A stretch of 64,000 nt of DNA from positions 1 through 64,000 of the forward strand of contig CAVWFS010000020.1 of NCBI GenBank assembly GCA_963754315.1, given 5' to 3'. Shown here piece by piece: positions 10,531-21,029 of this stretch. Made by a program: the position numbers and the translations under genes. Numbering within the stretch: position 1 is the stretch's first letter; each line of letters begins with the position of its first letter. The stretch is from an uncultured Candidatus Rokubacteria bacterium. GTDB lineage: Bacteria; Methylomirabilota; Methylomirabilia; Rokubacteriales; CSP1-6. The notes under the pieces are model-generated. The model ran no database searches and had not been told where the DNA came from. It was given only the letters and a program-made list of their open reading frames with translations.

Positions 10531-10618
10531 CAACAGCAGCTGGCCGCGCAATGCTTGACAATTGTGGCTCCAGAATGAAGACTGGGCCGGCTCGTACCCC
10601 CGGAACGAGGAGGTTCAC

Positions 10619-11023
10619 ATGCCGGACTCGATCCCCACGGCAAGCGTCCATCACTTCCGTCTCACCGTCAGCGACGTCGATCGCTCAGTCGCGTTCTACA
10701 CAAGAGTCCTCAACTTCCGCAAGCTCATGGATCTGAACCCGGGTGCCTTTCTCAGCAACGGCGCAGTGGGGCTCGGCATCGGCCCCTTTCCCTTTCCCCC
10801 GCGCGCCATTAAGGGCGATCGCTTTGACGAGAATCGCATCGGGCTCGACCACATGAGCTTCGCGGTGCCATCGCGTAAGGCGCTCGATGACGCTGTCGGT
10901 GTGCTCGATGCGCATGGCGTCGCACACAGCGAAGTCAAGGACCTCGGCGAAGCGTTCGGGATCGCCATCCTCGTCTTCCGCGATCCTGACAACGTTCAGC
11001 TCGAGCTCACTGCCCCGCGCTGA
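10619..11023 (+). CDS. VOC/glyoxalase family protein
   Basis: HHFRLTVSDVDRSVAFY, GLDHMSF, FRDPDNVQLEL; GAGGAGG SD. Confidence 0.9.
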   Translation: MPDSIPTASVHHFRLTVSDVDRSVAFYTRVLNFRKLMDLNPGAFLSNGAVGLGIGPFPFPPRAIKGDRFDENRIGLDHMSFAVPSRKALDDAVGVLDAHGVAHSEVKDLGEAFGIAILVFRDPDNVQLELTAPR

Positions 11024-11079
11024 TGAGCGACCCGTCGGGCACCGCCCAACGACATCCCTCCTGCCGGTCAGTCAGGCCG

Positions 11080-13185
11080 CTACCTCTTGTAGAAGGCCGT
11101 CTCCGGCTTGGACTGCTTCGGGTGAAGGGTCGAGGAGCCGTTGAACATCCTCTGAGGTACGTTGCCCATGCTGTTCTTGACCACCCGGAGACCCATGATG
11201 CCCGGAGCAAGCCCGACGGTGCCGATCACATATTGCTCCTCGATGGCGATGCGCCAGAGCTTCTTGCCTAGCTCGTAGTGCTGTTTCTCCGGAGCACTGA
11301 ACCCCGCCCGGTAAAGCTCCAACAATTCCTTCAAGCGGCCTGGCGGCGTTTTGCCAGACTCGCCGCCGGTGGCGAACCACTTGCCGTACAGTGGCCCCAC
11401 GGCGCTCGTGGGATCGTAGGGGAACAAGTTGACGGGCGAATGGGCGTAGAGGTTCTCAGTGCCCCACATGATCTCCATGCTGATCTGAGTCTCGTTGGTC
11501 GCCCTTCGCCTGCCCAGAAGGCTCCGCTCCAGCTCCGCAACGTCGGCGTAGATGCCGATCTTTCCCCACTGCACCTTGATCATTTCCGCGATCTGGGTGA
11601 AGGGCATGAACCCGACGTAGGTCGTTATCTCGACGCGCAGCCGGCCCTTCCCATCGGTGCGCAGGCGGTACCCATCCCCGTCCTTCCCCTTCAGCCCGAG
11701 CTTGTCGAGCATTTGATTGGCGTTGTTCGGGTCGTAGGTGGACCAGAGCTTTCGGTACTCGCGGCCGGGGTTGTAGGGTGACTCTTCCGTGCACACGACA
11801 GAGCCAGGAGTGCCGAGACCGAGCCAGAACGTCTCATTGAGCTGGTCCCGGTCGATTCCCAGGGACAGGGCGCGGCGGAAGTCCACGTTGTTGAGCCACC
11901 TGGCGATCTCGGGATCGGCCTCATAGCTCTGGTTGCAGAGCAGAGCCGCATCGCTACCGATGCCGCCGGGGTCCAGGAATACCTTGTAGCTGCCCTTCTG
12001 CTGGTTCTGCAGGAAGACCGGCAGCTTCTGAAGATCCAGATGCCGTTCGCCCCAGTCATATTCCCCGGCGATGGCCCGCAGGTTGATGACCTCCAGGTTC
12101 TCCGCGAGGGTGAGCACCACCTTGTCGACGTAGGGGAGCTGATTACCCTCGGTGTCCACGCCGTAGAAGTACGGGTTCCGCTCCAGCACCCAGGTGGGAG
12201 TGTTTCTGCCCTGCGTCGTCTGCCACGGTGAGATCACCGGCAGTTCCGGGTTCAGTCCCCAGTCGGCCTTGAACTTGAGCAGATTGACCCAGTTATCGAA
12301 CTTGCCCTCCTTGACCTTCCGATCCAGCTCCTCCTTGGAGGCATACTTGGGGTGGAACTGCTTCAGGTAGTGCGCCGGCGCAAACCCTCCCAGGGCGCTG
12401 ACATGGCTATCGTGCGCCTGGCCACCGAAGCCTGTGGGACCGGTCAGGATCACAACAAACACCCAGTAGGGGTCCTTGAACCTCCACCTCACGGTGTAGG
12501 TGTCGACCTTCTCCAGCTCTGCCGGCCCGCTCTTGGTGGTCAAGTAGGGTGAGGGTGCCGGAACCATGTCCTTGTTCCTGTACAGGTCCTCGAACCAGAA
12601 CACGAAGTCGTCGGCGGTGAAGGGCTTCCCGTCGCTCCACTTCATTCCCCGGCGCAGGTTGATGGTGAGGGTCTTGTCGCCGTCGCTGAACTGCCAGCTC
12701 TTGGCCGCCAGGGGAGTAGGCTTGGTGCCGGTTACATCCCAGTGCACGAGGCTGTCGTTACCGCAGAAGCGGACTCCAGCAGACCAGTCGCCCGGTCCGA
12801 GGAAGCCCCGGCGTATGGTGCCACCGTACCGACCGATCTCATGCACCGGCTTGATGACCAGCGGGTCTTCTCCTATCCGCTCCTTGACCGACGGCAGCTT
12901 GCCGGCCTTTACGAGCTCCGCCAGCTGCGGCGCTTCCTTGAAGGCCTTGGGAAACTTGGCCTGATCCGTGACGGTGGTCGGTCCCTCCAGCTTCCCGATC
13001 AGTTGGGCCCCTATCTTTGGCGCCGACGGTGGGGCGGCCGGGGCTTGGGCTGTCGCGGTCGCTGGCTGCCAGGCCAAATCCAGGAGGGCGGAGAGGCTGA
13101 TACCTGCCACTCCGGCGTTGCGGAACAAGTCTCGCCGGGACAGCCCTTGCTGCAACAACTCCTCGAGATTGACCTCTCTGTCCAT
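11080..13185 (-). CDS. ABC transporter substrate-binding protein, family 5 (peptide/nickel), Tat-exported
   Basis: SRRDLFR signal; GKLPSVKERI, LRRGMKWSDGKPFTADD, ERNPYFYGVDTEGNQLPYVD, FRRALSLGIDR. Confidence 0.92.
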   Translation of the reverse strand: MDREVNLEELLQQGLSRRDLFRNAGVAGISLSALLDLAWQPATATAQAPAAPPSAPKIGAQLIGKLEGPTTVTDQAKFPKAFKEAPQLAELVKAGKLPSVKERIGEDPLVIKPVHEIGRYGGTIRRGFLGPGDWSAGVRFCGNDSLVHWDVTGTKPTPLAAKSWQFSDGDKTLTINLRRGMKWSDGKPFTADDFVFWFEDLYRNKDMVPAPSPYLTTKSGPAELEKVDTYTVRWRFKDPYWVFVVILTGPTGFGGQAHDSHVSALGGFAPAHYLKQFHPKYASKEELDRKVKEGKFDNWVNLLKFKADWGLNPELPVISPWQTTQGRNTPTWVLERNPYFYGVDTEGNQLPYVDKVVLTLAENLEVINLRAIAGEYDWGERHLDLQKLPVFLQNQQKGSYKVFLDPGGIGSDAALLCNQSYEADPEIARWLNNVDFRRALSLGIDRDQLNETFWLGLGTPGSVVCTEESPYNPGREYRKLWSTYDPNNANQMLDKLGLKGKDGDGYRLRTDGKGRLRVEITTYVGFMPFTQIAEMIKVQWGKIGIYADVAELERSLLGRRRATNETQISMEIMWGTENLYAHSPVNLFPYDPTSAVGPLYGKWFATGGESGKTPPGRLKELLELYRAGFSAPEKQHYELGKKLWRIAIEEQYVIGTVGLAPGIMGLRVVKNSMGNVPQRMFNGSSTLHPKQSKPETAFYKR

Positions 13186-13202
13186 GACAACCTCCGCTCC
13201 TC

Positions 13203-14306
13203 CTAGCTCGGCATCCCCTTCATATCAATGGGCGCGTAGTACCTGCGCTCCCCGAGCGCGTCAACGCGCGCCCAGAAGTCCGGCTGGGCGGCGAGCCCGA
13301 GCTCGGTCACGCCTGCGCGCTGGCGCCACATGCACCAAGAATCCGGATGCAGCTGGCTCGCTTCCCGGAGCCAGCGGTCACCCTCCTCTTCCTGCCCGCG
13401 TCGGATCAAGTGCTGCCCGAGCCTGAACGCGGCGTGAGCCCGCGCCACGTCCTCCGTCGGCAACGGCATGTGCGCCCGGGCGCGCTCCGCGTCGAACGCG
13501 TGCTCGCTCGCCGCCCCGCGCAGTACCCAGTCGCGGACAGCATTCACGTAGGTCGCTTTCGTCTCCGCGGTGATCCGGGCTGCCTCCGCCGGCATCTCGC
13601 GCGTCACGCGATCCATCCGACGGAAGCCCTCGTAGGCACCAGCGGGCTCTGCCGGCCGCACGATCGTGCCGCGCTCGTCGATCCACACCGCCTGCGGCAC
13701 ATTGACCATGTGGTAGAGATCGGCCAGGCGATGCTCGCGGTCGATCAGGCAGAGGTAGCTCGGCTTCGCTGCCTCGATCCACGGGAGCGGATCGCCCTCG
13801 CGGCTGTCCAGAGCAACGGCGATTACCATGAAGTTTCGGTCCTTCAGCTCCTCGTACAGCGCCTGCCACACGGGCAGGTCGCGGCGGCACCCTCACCACG
13901 AGGCCCAGGAGGCGAGCAGGACCTTCCGGCCGCGCTGCTCGGAGAGCGCATGCATGCGCCCGGAGGGATCGGGCAGTGTGAAGTCCGGCGCCTCGAGCGA
14001 TCGTAGCGCCGCTGCGCGCTCCCCGGCCGCTTCCCCGAGCACCCAGATGCGACCGTCCGCGCAGTGGACAACGGGCTTGCCCAGGTGCCGCCACACCGCC
14101 GCCACACCGATCTGGTGGTCGCGCCGGAAGTCACGCTCGCGTCCCGGTGGAATCGGAACGCAGACGCTCCCGCGGCACAGCCCTTCCGGTCTCGACGACC
14201 ACCCGGTGGCGGCCTCGAGCTGGGCTTCGGACAGCCAGAGTTGCTCGCCCTCGACGTTGGTGTCGGGTAGCTCTATCTCTGTCGTCTCGGTCAAGAGGGT
14301 CACCAT
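13203..14306 (-). CDS. Probable selenoprotein: TlpA/ResA-like redoxin with WASW-U-GC motif (UGA at 13893-13895)
   Basis: ORFs 13893-14306 and 13203-13871 are in one frame, joined by a single TGA: APDFTLPD...KVLLASWASW*GCRRDLPVWQALYEEL; the stop sits at the redox-active Cys position. Confidence 0.85.
13859..13882 (-). promoter_or_regulatory. Bacterial SECIS-like stem-loop
   Basis: After the UGA: GCG-A-CCUGCC-CGUGU-GGCAGG-CGC; G/U-containing apical loop begins 21 nt after the UGA. Confidence 0.65.
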
Positions 14307-14472
14307 GGCTGGACTTTATACCAATCGAGGTGAGCGCGCCGCCGGGGACGAACCTCCATGTGACTGCACGAGCCCACCCCAGGATCCTGGGGGAGCCGGC
14401 GGTGATGTGCCGCTCGCAGGAGGACATGGCTGACGCGTGCATTGAGGCAGATGGGTCGCGCGTTCCCGACTA

Positions 14473-15549
14473 TTACCCCGCAATCAGATGCTCGTCGCCC
14501 GGCCTCCAGCCGACGGCGACACGTGCGCCCTCCCGGAGCGCGTCAGGCGGCGCGCCCGCGACGCGCATCCGAAGCCCCTGCCCGCGGGCAGAGCCAATGA
14601 CGAGGACGCTATCGCCGTAGTTCACGATGACACCGATGTCCATCACGACCTGGTTCGGCAGCGCCGGATCCGCGCCCGGCCGGGCAAGCTGCACACGCTC
14701 GGGCCGCACCAGCACGTCGACGGCACCCTTGCCGATCCGCCGCCAGGCGTCCACGTCGACCCGCACCGGGCCGAGCGCATCGAGCGTGACGCGCCCCGGT
14801 TGGGAGGCGTCCACGGTACCCCCGAAGATATTGCTGTCGCCGATAAACTCGCCCACGAAGCGCGTGCGCGGCCGGTGGTAGACCTCGAGCGGTGGCGCCA
14901 CCTGTTCCAGTTTGCCGTGGCTGAAGACGGCGATGCGGTCGGACATCGTCATGGCTTCCGTCTGGTCGTGGGTGACGTAGACCATGGTGACGCCGACCTC
15001 GCGATGAATCCGCCTCAGCTCGACTTGCATCTGCTCGCGCAGGCTCTTGTCGAGGGCTCCCAGCGGCTCGTCCAGCAGCAGCACGTCGGGGTTGAACACA
15101 AGCCCGCGCGCGAGGGCCACCCGCTGCTGCTGGCCGCCCGACAGCTCGCGCGGATGCCTCTTGGCGAAGCGGCCGAGGCCGACGAGGTCCAGGATCTCGC
15201 GCACCCGGGCCGCTTGGCGGCTCCGCGGGAACTTCCGCATGCGCAGCGGGAACGCGACGTTGCGCTCGACCGTCATGTGGGGGAACAGCGCGTAGTTCTG
15301 GAACACGACCCCGATGTTGCGCTCGTACGGCTTGCGCCGCGTCAGGTCCTCGCCCTCGAGCTCGATGGCGCCGGCGGTCGGCTCCTCGAAGCCGGCGATC
15401 ATCATGAGCGTTGTGGTCTTACCCGAGCCGCTCGGCCCGAGGAAGGTCAGAAACTCCCCCTTGGCGATGTCGATCGACACGCCGTCGACCGCGTTGACGC
15501 GCCCGTCGTACGACTTGACGATGTTGCGGAGCGAGAGGTACGCCGTCAC
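14473..15549 (-). CDS. ABC transporter ATP-binding protein (PotA-like)
   Basis: GPSGSGKTT, LSGGQQQRVALAR, LLLDEP, YVTHDQTEA, C-terminal TOBE-like region. Confidence 0.95.
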   Translation of the reverse strand: MTAYLSLRNIVKSYDGRVNAVDGVSIDIAKGEFLTFLGPSGSGKTTTLMMIAGFEEPTAGAIELEGEDLTRRKPYERNIGVVFQNYALFPHMTVERNVAFPLRMRKFPRSRQAARVREILDLVGLGRFAKRHPRELSGGQQQRVALARGLVFNPDVLLLDEPLGALDKSLREQMQVELRRIHREVGVTMVYVTHDQTEAMTMSDRIAVFSHGKLEQVAPPLEVYHRPRTRFVGEFIGDSNIFGGTVDASQPGRVTLDALGPVRVDVDAWRRIGKGAVDVLVRPERVQLARPGADPALPNQVVMDIGVIVNYGDSVLVIGSARGQGLRMRVAGAPPDALREGARVAVGWRPGDEHLIAG

Positions 15550-15743
15550 TCCGCGAACTGGGCCGCCCGCCACTTGAGGGCGGCGCCGGGCCCGTCCTTT
15601 CGGGTGATCTCGTTGAACCGCTGGTCGACATCCGTGCGGGCGGCGTAGAGCGGGGCCGCGATGTCGAGCCCGGCGTTCGTGGCGTTGTGGAAGCCGCCCG
15701 CGCCCGTGCGCGTGCCAGCCGACCGCGTGGTGCCGCCATCCAT
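15546..15743 (-). pseudogene. Short ORF resembling the C-terminus of an enoyl-CoA hydratase family protein
   Basis: FNEITRKDGPGAALKWRAAQFAE resembles crotonase-family C-termini; overlaps both neighbours as an operon gene would but lacks the catalytic core. Confidence 0.45.
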
Positions 15744-17867
15744 CAGCGCTCAGTCTTTTCCCGGGCCGACGGAACCATCAAGGCGTCGACGACCACAGCG
15801 CCGTGTCCGGCAGGCAGCACCTTGATCGGGTTGAGGTCGATCTCGACGAGGTCCGTGCGGTTCGCCCACGCAAAGTCGCCGAGCGCGTAGAGACAGCGGA
15901 CGAGGGCTGGGACGTCCGCGGCCGGCTGTCCGCGCACGGCGCCGAGCAGTGCCGCGCCCCGGATCTCGCCGATCATCGCCTCCGCGTCGCCCTCGCGGAG
16001 CGGCAGCTGGCGCAGGGCGAAGTCGCGGAGCACCTCGATGGCGATTCCGCCGATGCCGAATGCGAGGAAGTGGCCGAAGGCGGGATCGCGTTTCACGCCG
16101 GCGAAGACCTCCACGCCGCCCGCGATCATGGACTGGACGACGAAGCCGTCGATCGAGGGCCGTGGTGTCGTCTCGCGCAGGCGGCGCTCTAGAGCCCCCC
16201 AGGCGGCCTCGAGCCCCGCCTCGTTCACGAGGCCGGCACGCACCAGCCCCAGATCCGAGCGATGCGGCAGGTCGTCGGCCACGACCTTCAGGACGACCGG
16301 ATAGCCGAGGTCTTGCGCCGCCTGCCGCGCCTCGCCCAGGGTCCGGATCAGACGCTCGCGAACGACGGTGAGGCCGTGCTGGGCGAGGAGCCGCTTGGCG
16401 TCGTGCTCGTGGATCGTCGGCCGCGGGCGCCCCCCGAGCAGGCTCGCCACGCCGACGCCGCCGGGCGCATCGCTCCGGCGCGACGGCGGCCGCGGCGCCG
16501 CCCAGCGCGCGAGGTGATCGATCGCCCCCAGGCCCTGGCGGGTACCGCCGATGGTGGCGATGCCGTGCCCGGCCAGGAAGCGCACCTGCTCGCGCCGCAT
16601 CACTCCCGGCCGCATGTTCATCTGGTAGTGCGGCTTGGCGCTCCGCTCGGCGGCGGCGACGAGGAGCCGGCTGTAGCCGAGCGCGCGGTCGGCGCGGCCC
16701 ATCGGCGCCTCGTCGAAGCTGTCGCTGCAGAAGGCGATGGCGTCGACGGCCGCCGCATCAAGCGTCGCCAGCGCGTGCGGCAAGTTCGTGTCGTAGTCGC
16801 CATTCCCCCAGGCGTCGAGCGGGTTGCCGTCACCGGTGACGGGGCCGATCACGCGCTCGATCTCCTTGCGGCCTTCGGGCGACAGCGGCGGCAGCTCGAG
16901 CCCGGCGCGCAGTGGCCACATCGAGGATCAGCTCGGCCTGGCCGCCGGAGGCCGTGATCACGGCGAGCCGGCGGCCCCCGGGCCAGCGCTGGCCCTGGCC
17001 CACGGCGAGCACTTCCGTGAGCTCGTCCAGATCGCTCACCTCGATGGCGCGGTGGGCGCGCAGCATCGCCGAGAAGACCGCGGACTCGCCGGCGAGTCCG
17101 CCCGTGTGGGTACCGATCGCCCGCCGCGTGCGCTCCTGGCGACCGACCTTCAGGACCACGACCGGCTTTCCGGCATCGGCGGCGCGGTCGAGCGCGGCCA
17201 CGTACCGCTCGGGATCGGCGATCCACTCCGTGAAGGTGGCGATGACCTTGGTGTCGGGATCGTCGATGAGCGCCTCGAGATACTGCGCCGTGCTCACGAC
17301 CGCTTCGTTGCCGGAGGAGATGACGTGGCTGAAGCCGAACCGCCGGATGTCGGCCAGCATGCCGATGCAGATCGACCCGCTTTGCGACACCAGCGCCACG
17401 TTGCCTGCCAGGCCGTCCGGATCGCGCACCTCCTGCATGTAGACGGAGCTCCGGTGGTGCGGATTGAGGATACCCATGCAGTTGGGTCCGCACAGCGCAA
17501 TCCCGGCATCCCGACACATCCCCACGAGCTCGGCCTGACGTCGACGGCCCGCGTCGCCGTGCTCGGCGAAGCCGCCGTCGTAGATCACGGCCCCGCCGGC
17601 GCCTCTGTCGGCGACGGTGCGGAAGCTCTCGACGATGCGCGTGTAGGAGACGCACAGCGCGACCACGTCGGGCTGCTCCGGCAGCTCGCGCATGTCCGGA
17701 TAGCAGCGCTGTCCGAGGATCTCCGTGTACTTCGGATTGATCGGGTACAGTCGACCGTCGTAGCCGAGGGTCGACGCCGACTCCATGAGGGCACGGCCGA
17801 TCGACGGGCGCTCGGAGGCGCCCAGGATGGCGATCGAGCGGGGACGGAGCAGGGCGTCAAGTCGCAT
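15743..17867 (-). CDS. Acetate--CoA ligase (ADP-forming acyl-CoA synthetase) family; frameshift near 16910
   Basis: PRSIAILGAS, GPNCMG, SQSG, SSGNEA, HTGGLAG, NPLD, GYPVVLK, HRSDLG, EIDLNP across two frames. Confidence 0.88.
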
Positions 17868-18624
17868 GGGCGGATCTCCGGCGCATGAACGTCGACACGA
17901 GGACGCCGAGCACCACCGCGCTGACGAGGAGCGTGGAGACGACGGCGATCACTGGATCGGACTCGAGGCGGATGCTCTCGTACATCTTCTTGGGGAGGGT
18001 CGCCGCCTCCCGGCCTCCGATGAAAATCACCACCACTGCCTCGTTGAACGAGGACAGGAACGCGAACAGCGCCCCCACCAGCATGCCTGGCCGCAGCACG
18101 GGCAGGGTGACGTGGAAGAACGTCCGGAGTGGACCCGCGCCCGCGCTCATGGCGGCGCGCTCGAGGTTCCGGTCGAAGCCCTTGAGCGTCGCCGTGATGA
18201 CGAGAAAGGCGACCGGCACCGCGAGGACGCCGTGGGCGACCATGACTCCGAGGTAGGTGCCGGTCAGCCGCGCGCGCCCGAGGAAGCCGTAGTAGGCGAG
18301 CGCGCTCACCACGTGCGGCACGATCAATGGCGCCATCATCAGCAGATTGACGAACGCCTTGCCGCGGAAGCGGTACCGCACGTAGCCGAAGGCGGCTGGC
18401 ACGACGAGGAGCATGGTCAGCGCCGTGGCACCGAGCGCGATGATGAGGCTGTTCAGCGTCGGCTCCAGCCACTCCTCGCTGGTGAAGTACTTCCCGTAGT
18501 AGCCGAGCGAGTAGCCTGGCGGCGGGAACTCGAACGAGATCGCGGTACTGAACGACATGGGTACCACGATCGCGATCGGCAGCAGCAGGAAGAGTGCGAC
18601 GAGGCCCGCGAGGGTCAGCCCCAT
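17857..18624 (-). CDS. ABC transporter permease (PotC-like)
   Basis: LERAAMSAGA EAA loop, TLPVLRPG, FLSSFNE, multiple TM helices. Confidence 0.92.
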   Translation of the reverse strand: MGLTLAGLVALFLLLPIAIVVPMSFSTAISFEFPPPGYSLGYYGKYFTSEEWLEPTLNSLIIALGATALTMLLVVPAAFGYVRYRFRGKAFVNLLMMAPLIVPHVVSALAYYGFLGRARLTGTYLGVMVAHGVLAVPVAFLVITATLKGFDRNLERAAMSAGAGPLRTFFHVTLPVLRPGMLVGALFAFLSSFNEAVVVIFIGGREAATLPKKMYESIRLESDPVIAVVSTLLVSAVVLGVLVSTFMRRRSAHAT

Positions 18625-19499
18625 AGGCGATCCAGTCCGGCGAACCGGTTGTAGGCGAGAAGGATGAGGCCGGTGGCGACGAGGAGGATCACCGCCACCG
18701 CGGAGGCGAAGCCCCACGCGAGTAGCTCCTCGATCTGCTGGTTGATGAGCTGCGAGATCATCATGTCGCGCGGCGTGCCGAGCAGGATCGGGGTCACGAA
18801 GAAGCCGAGGCAGCTGACGAAGACGAGCAGGCTGCCGTTCACGACACCCGGCAGGCTGAGCGGCAGGAACACCTCCGTGAACGCCGCCCGCGGCCGCGCG
18901 CCCAGGCTCGCCGCCGCCTTCAAGTGGTCGGGCTCGATCTTCTTCATGACGGCGAAGAGCGCGAGGATCATGTAGGGCAGCAGGATGTGCGTCATGCCCA
19001 AGGTCGAGGCGAAGCTCGTGAAGAGCAGCTTGGGCGCGGCGCCGCCGAGGCCGAGGGCGTGGTAGGCGGCGACCACGGGACCCTTGCTGCCGAGGATCAC
19101 CAGCCACGCGTACGTTCGGACGAGAAAGCCCGTCCAGAAGCTCATGGCCACGATGGTCAGCAGCAGCATCGACACCCAGTCGGTCCGTCGCGCCATGACG
19201 TAGGCGACCGGATAGCCGAGCACGAGGCAGAGCGCGGTGACGATCAGCGACGTCACGAACGTGTTGAGCATCACCTGCGTGTAGAGCGGCACCGTGAAGA
19301 TGCGCTGGTAGTGCGCGAGCGACAGGCGAGGGTCGGTGACGCTGGTGACGAGCATGAGCCCGATGGGCATCACGAAGAGCAGGGTCAGCACGAGGCTCGG
19401 TGGGCCGAGCAGCAGCCACGCCGCCAGGTTCCCGCGGCGCGCGGGGCGGCTGCCGACGGCCGTCCCCAGCGCCGCCGCCGGGCTCAGCCCGCCAGCCAC
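18615..19499 (-). CDS. ABC transporter permease (PotB-like); start approximate
   Basis: LGYPVAY, LVRTYAW, AAASLGA, FLPLSLPG, TPILLG. Confidence 0.9.
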   Translation of the reverse strand: MAGGLSPAAALGTAVGSRPARRGNLAAWLLLGPPSLVLTLLFVMPIGLMLVTSVTDPRLSLAHYQRIFTVPLYTQVMLNTFVTSLIVTALCLVLGYPVAYVMARRTDWVSMLLLTIVAMSFWTGFLVRTYAWLVILGSKGPVVAAYHALGLGGAAPKLLFTSFASTLGMTHILLPYMILALFAVMKKIEPDHLKAAASLGARPRAAFTEVFLPLSLPGVVNGSLLVFVSCLGFFVTPILLGTPRDMMISQLINQQIEELLAWGFASAVAVILLVATGLILLAYNRFAGLDRLWG

Positions 19500-20527
19500 T
19501 GCGTAAAGCGCTCCTGGATCCGTGCGGTGTGGTCCGCCTCCCACACGGTATCAGGGCGAATGGCGACCTTGACGTTTTCGCTGTAGGTCGGCAGCTGTCG
19601 CGCGACCTCGGGGGTCACGAACTTGAACGCTTCGGGGTTGGTCGGGCCGTAGTACAGCCGGTTCGCGAAGTCGGCCTGTGGCCGGGCCTGGACCGCGAAC
19701 TGCAGGAACTCCCAGGCCGCCTTCCGGTTCGGCGCGCCCTTCGCGATGCCCCACATCGTGGTGGTGATGGTCGCCCCATGCCACACCAGGTCGACGGGAT
19801 GACCCTGTTGCTGTAGCTCGCTGGCGCGCGCGTTCCACATCACCATCATGTCGACCTCGCCGTCGCGCAGCAGCTGCTGCGACTGGTTGCCCTGCGTCCA
19901 CCAGACCTTGATGTGCGGCTTGATCTGGTCGAGCTTCTTGAATGCGCGGTCGACGTCCATCGGGAAGACCTTGTCGGGTGGCACCCCGTCGGCCACCAGC
20001 GCGAACTGGGCCGCCCGCACGGAATTGTTGAGCATCGATCGGTTGCCCGGGAACTTTTTCACGTCCCAGAAGTCGGCCCACGTCTTCGGCCCACCCTGGG
20101 GGAACTTGTCCTTGCGGTAGGCGAGATTGGTCCCGAGCGCGCAGTAGGCGAGACCGTTCGCGTAGACGGCGTTCGGGAAGAGCTTCTCCTTTTGCACGAT
20201 CGTCCAATCGATCGGCTCCACCAGCCCTTCCCGCTCGGCGCGAAGAAGGTCAGCCTGGGTGATCGATGTGATGTCCCACTCGTACGTTCCGCTCTGCACC
20301 TGAGCCTTCAGCTTGGCGTAGGACACCGGAGCCACCGTGCGCACGCGGACGCCCGTCTGCTCGGTGAACGGCTTGAAAAAGGCGGCTTCCTCGGCGGCCG
20401 TCCAGCTCCCGCCCCACGTGTTGACGTAGATCGTGCGCGTTTGCGCGATCGTACGGTCCGTGACGATCAGCGGTCCGCCGACGGCCGCCGTGGCGGCGGC
20501 TCCCTTGAGGAACGTGCGACGTCGCAT
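19484..20527 (-). CDS. ABC substrate-binding protein (PotD/PotF-like), Tat-exported
   Basis: MRRRTFLKG signal; TWGGSW, TWADFWDVKKFPG, DVDRAFKKLD. Confidence 0.92.
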   Translation of the reverse strand: MRRRTFLKGAAATAAVGGPLIVTDRTIAQTRTIYVNTWGGSWTAAEEAAFFKPFTEQTGVRVRTVAPVSYAKLKAQVQSGTYEWDITSITQADLLRAEREGLVEPIDWTIVQKEKLFPNAVYANGLAYCALGTNLAYRKDKFPQGGPKTWADFWDVKKFPGNRSMLNNSVRAAQFALVADGVPPDKVFPMDVDRAFKKLDQIKPHIKVWWTQGNQSQQLLRDGEVDMMVMWNARASELQQQGHPVDLVWHGATITTTMWGIAKGAPNRKAAWEFLQFAVQARPQADFANRLYYGPTNPEAFKFVTPEVARQLPTYSENVKVAIRPDTVWEADHTARIQERFTQWLAG

Positions 20528-20672
20528 GGTGTCCTCCCTGGTCGTATTGCTCTCGGATCACCGAGCAGGTGCGTGATGGTGACGCGCGGCCGCCTCACCT
20601 CGCCGCCAAATCACCCCGAACGCCTCCGCCATCATACTCCTGACGGTACTGAAGACGTCAGGAGGCAGAACG

Positions 20673-20999
20673 TCACGTCCGCTGAACCACCTCGCGACCC
20701 AGCTGCGCGATCTGGCCGAGCGCATCCCCCTGGGGCATGCCGGGCCACTGGACGCGGAAGATGAAGTGATTCACTCCGAGCGTGCGGGCGTGCCGCTCGA
20801 TGTCGTCTCGGCACTCCTCCGCGTTCCCGACGATGAACCGGTCGTGGGCGAGATCCTCGATTGGCACGGAAAGACTCTCCTCCTTCGGCATCGGCTTGTC
20901 GAGGCCCCAGTCGTCAACGCCGTACATCGCGCCGCCGCGGGCCTTGGCGGCCGCGTCCGTTCGCACCACCGACTTACCGACGACGACCGTGTCCGCCAT
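20673..20999 (-). pseudogene. Chimeric remnant: XDH-family Mo-subunit N-terminus fused to an LLM oxidoreductase C-terminus
   Basis: VGKSVVRTDAAAKARGGAMYGVD followed by DRFIVGNAEECRDDIE...GVNHFIFRVQWPGM. Confidence 0.65.
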
Positions 21000-21029
21000 G
21001 CCCTCTCCTGTGAGCCGCGCGCGCTGGGA

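Noticed and set aside
14377..14470. ccccaggatcctgggg palindrome and an AGGAGG-ATG start on the + strand
   Set aside because: The ORF runs antisense into the ABC ATPase and has no recognisable domain; the palindrome has no assignable role.
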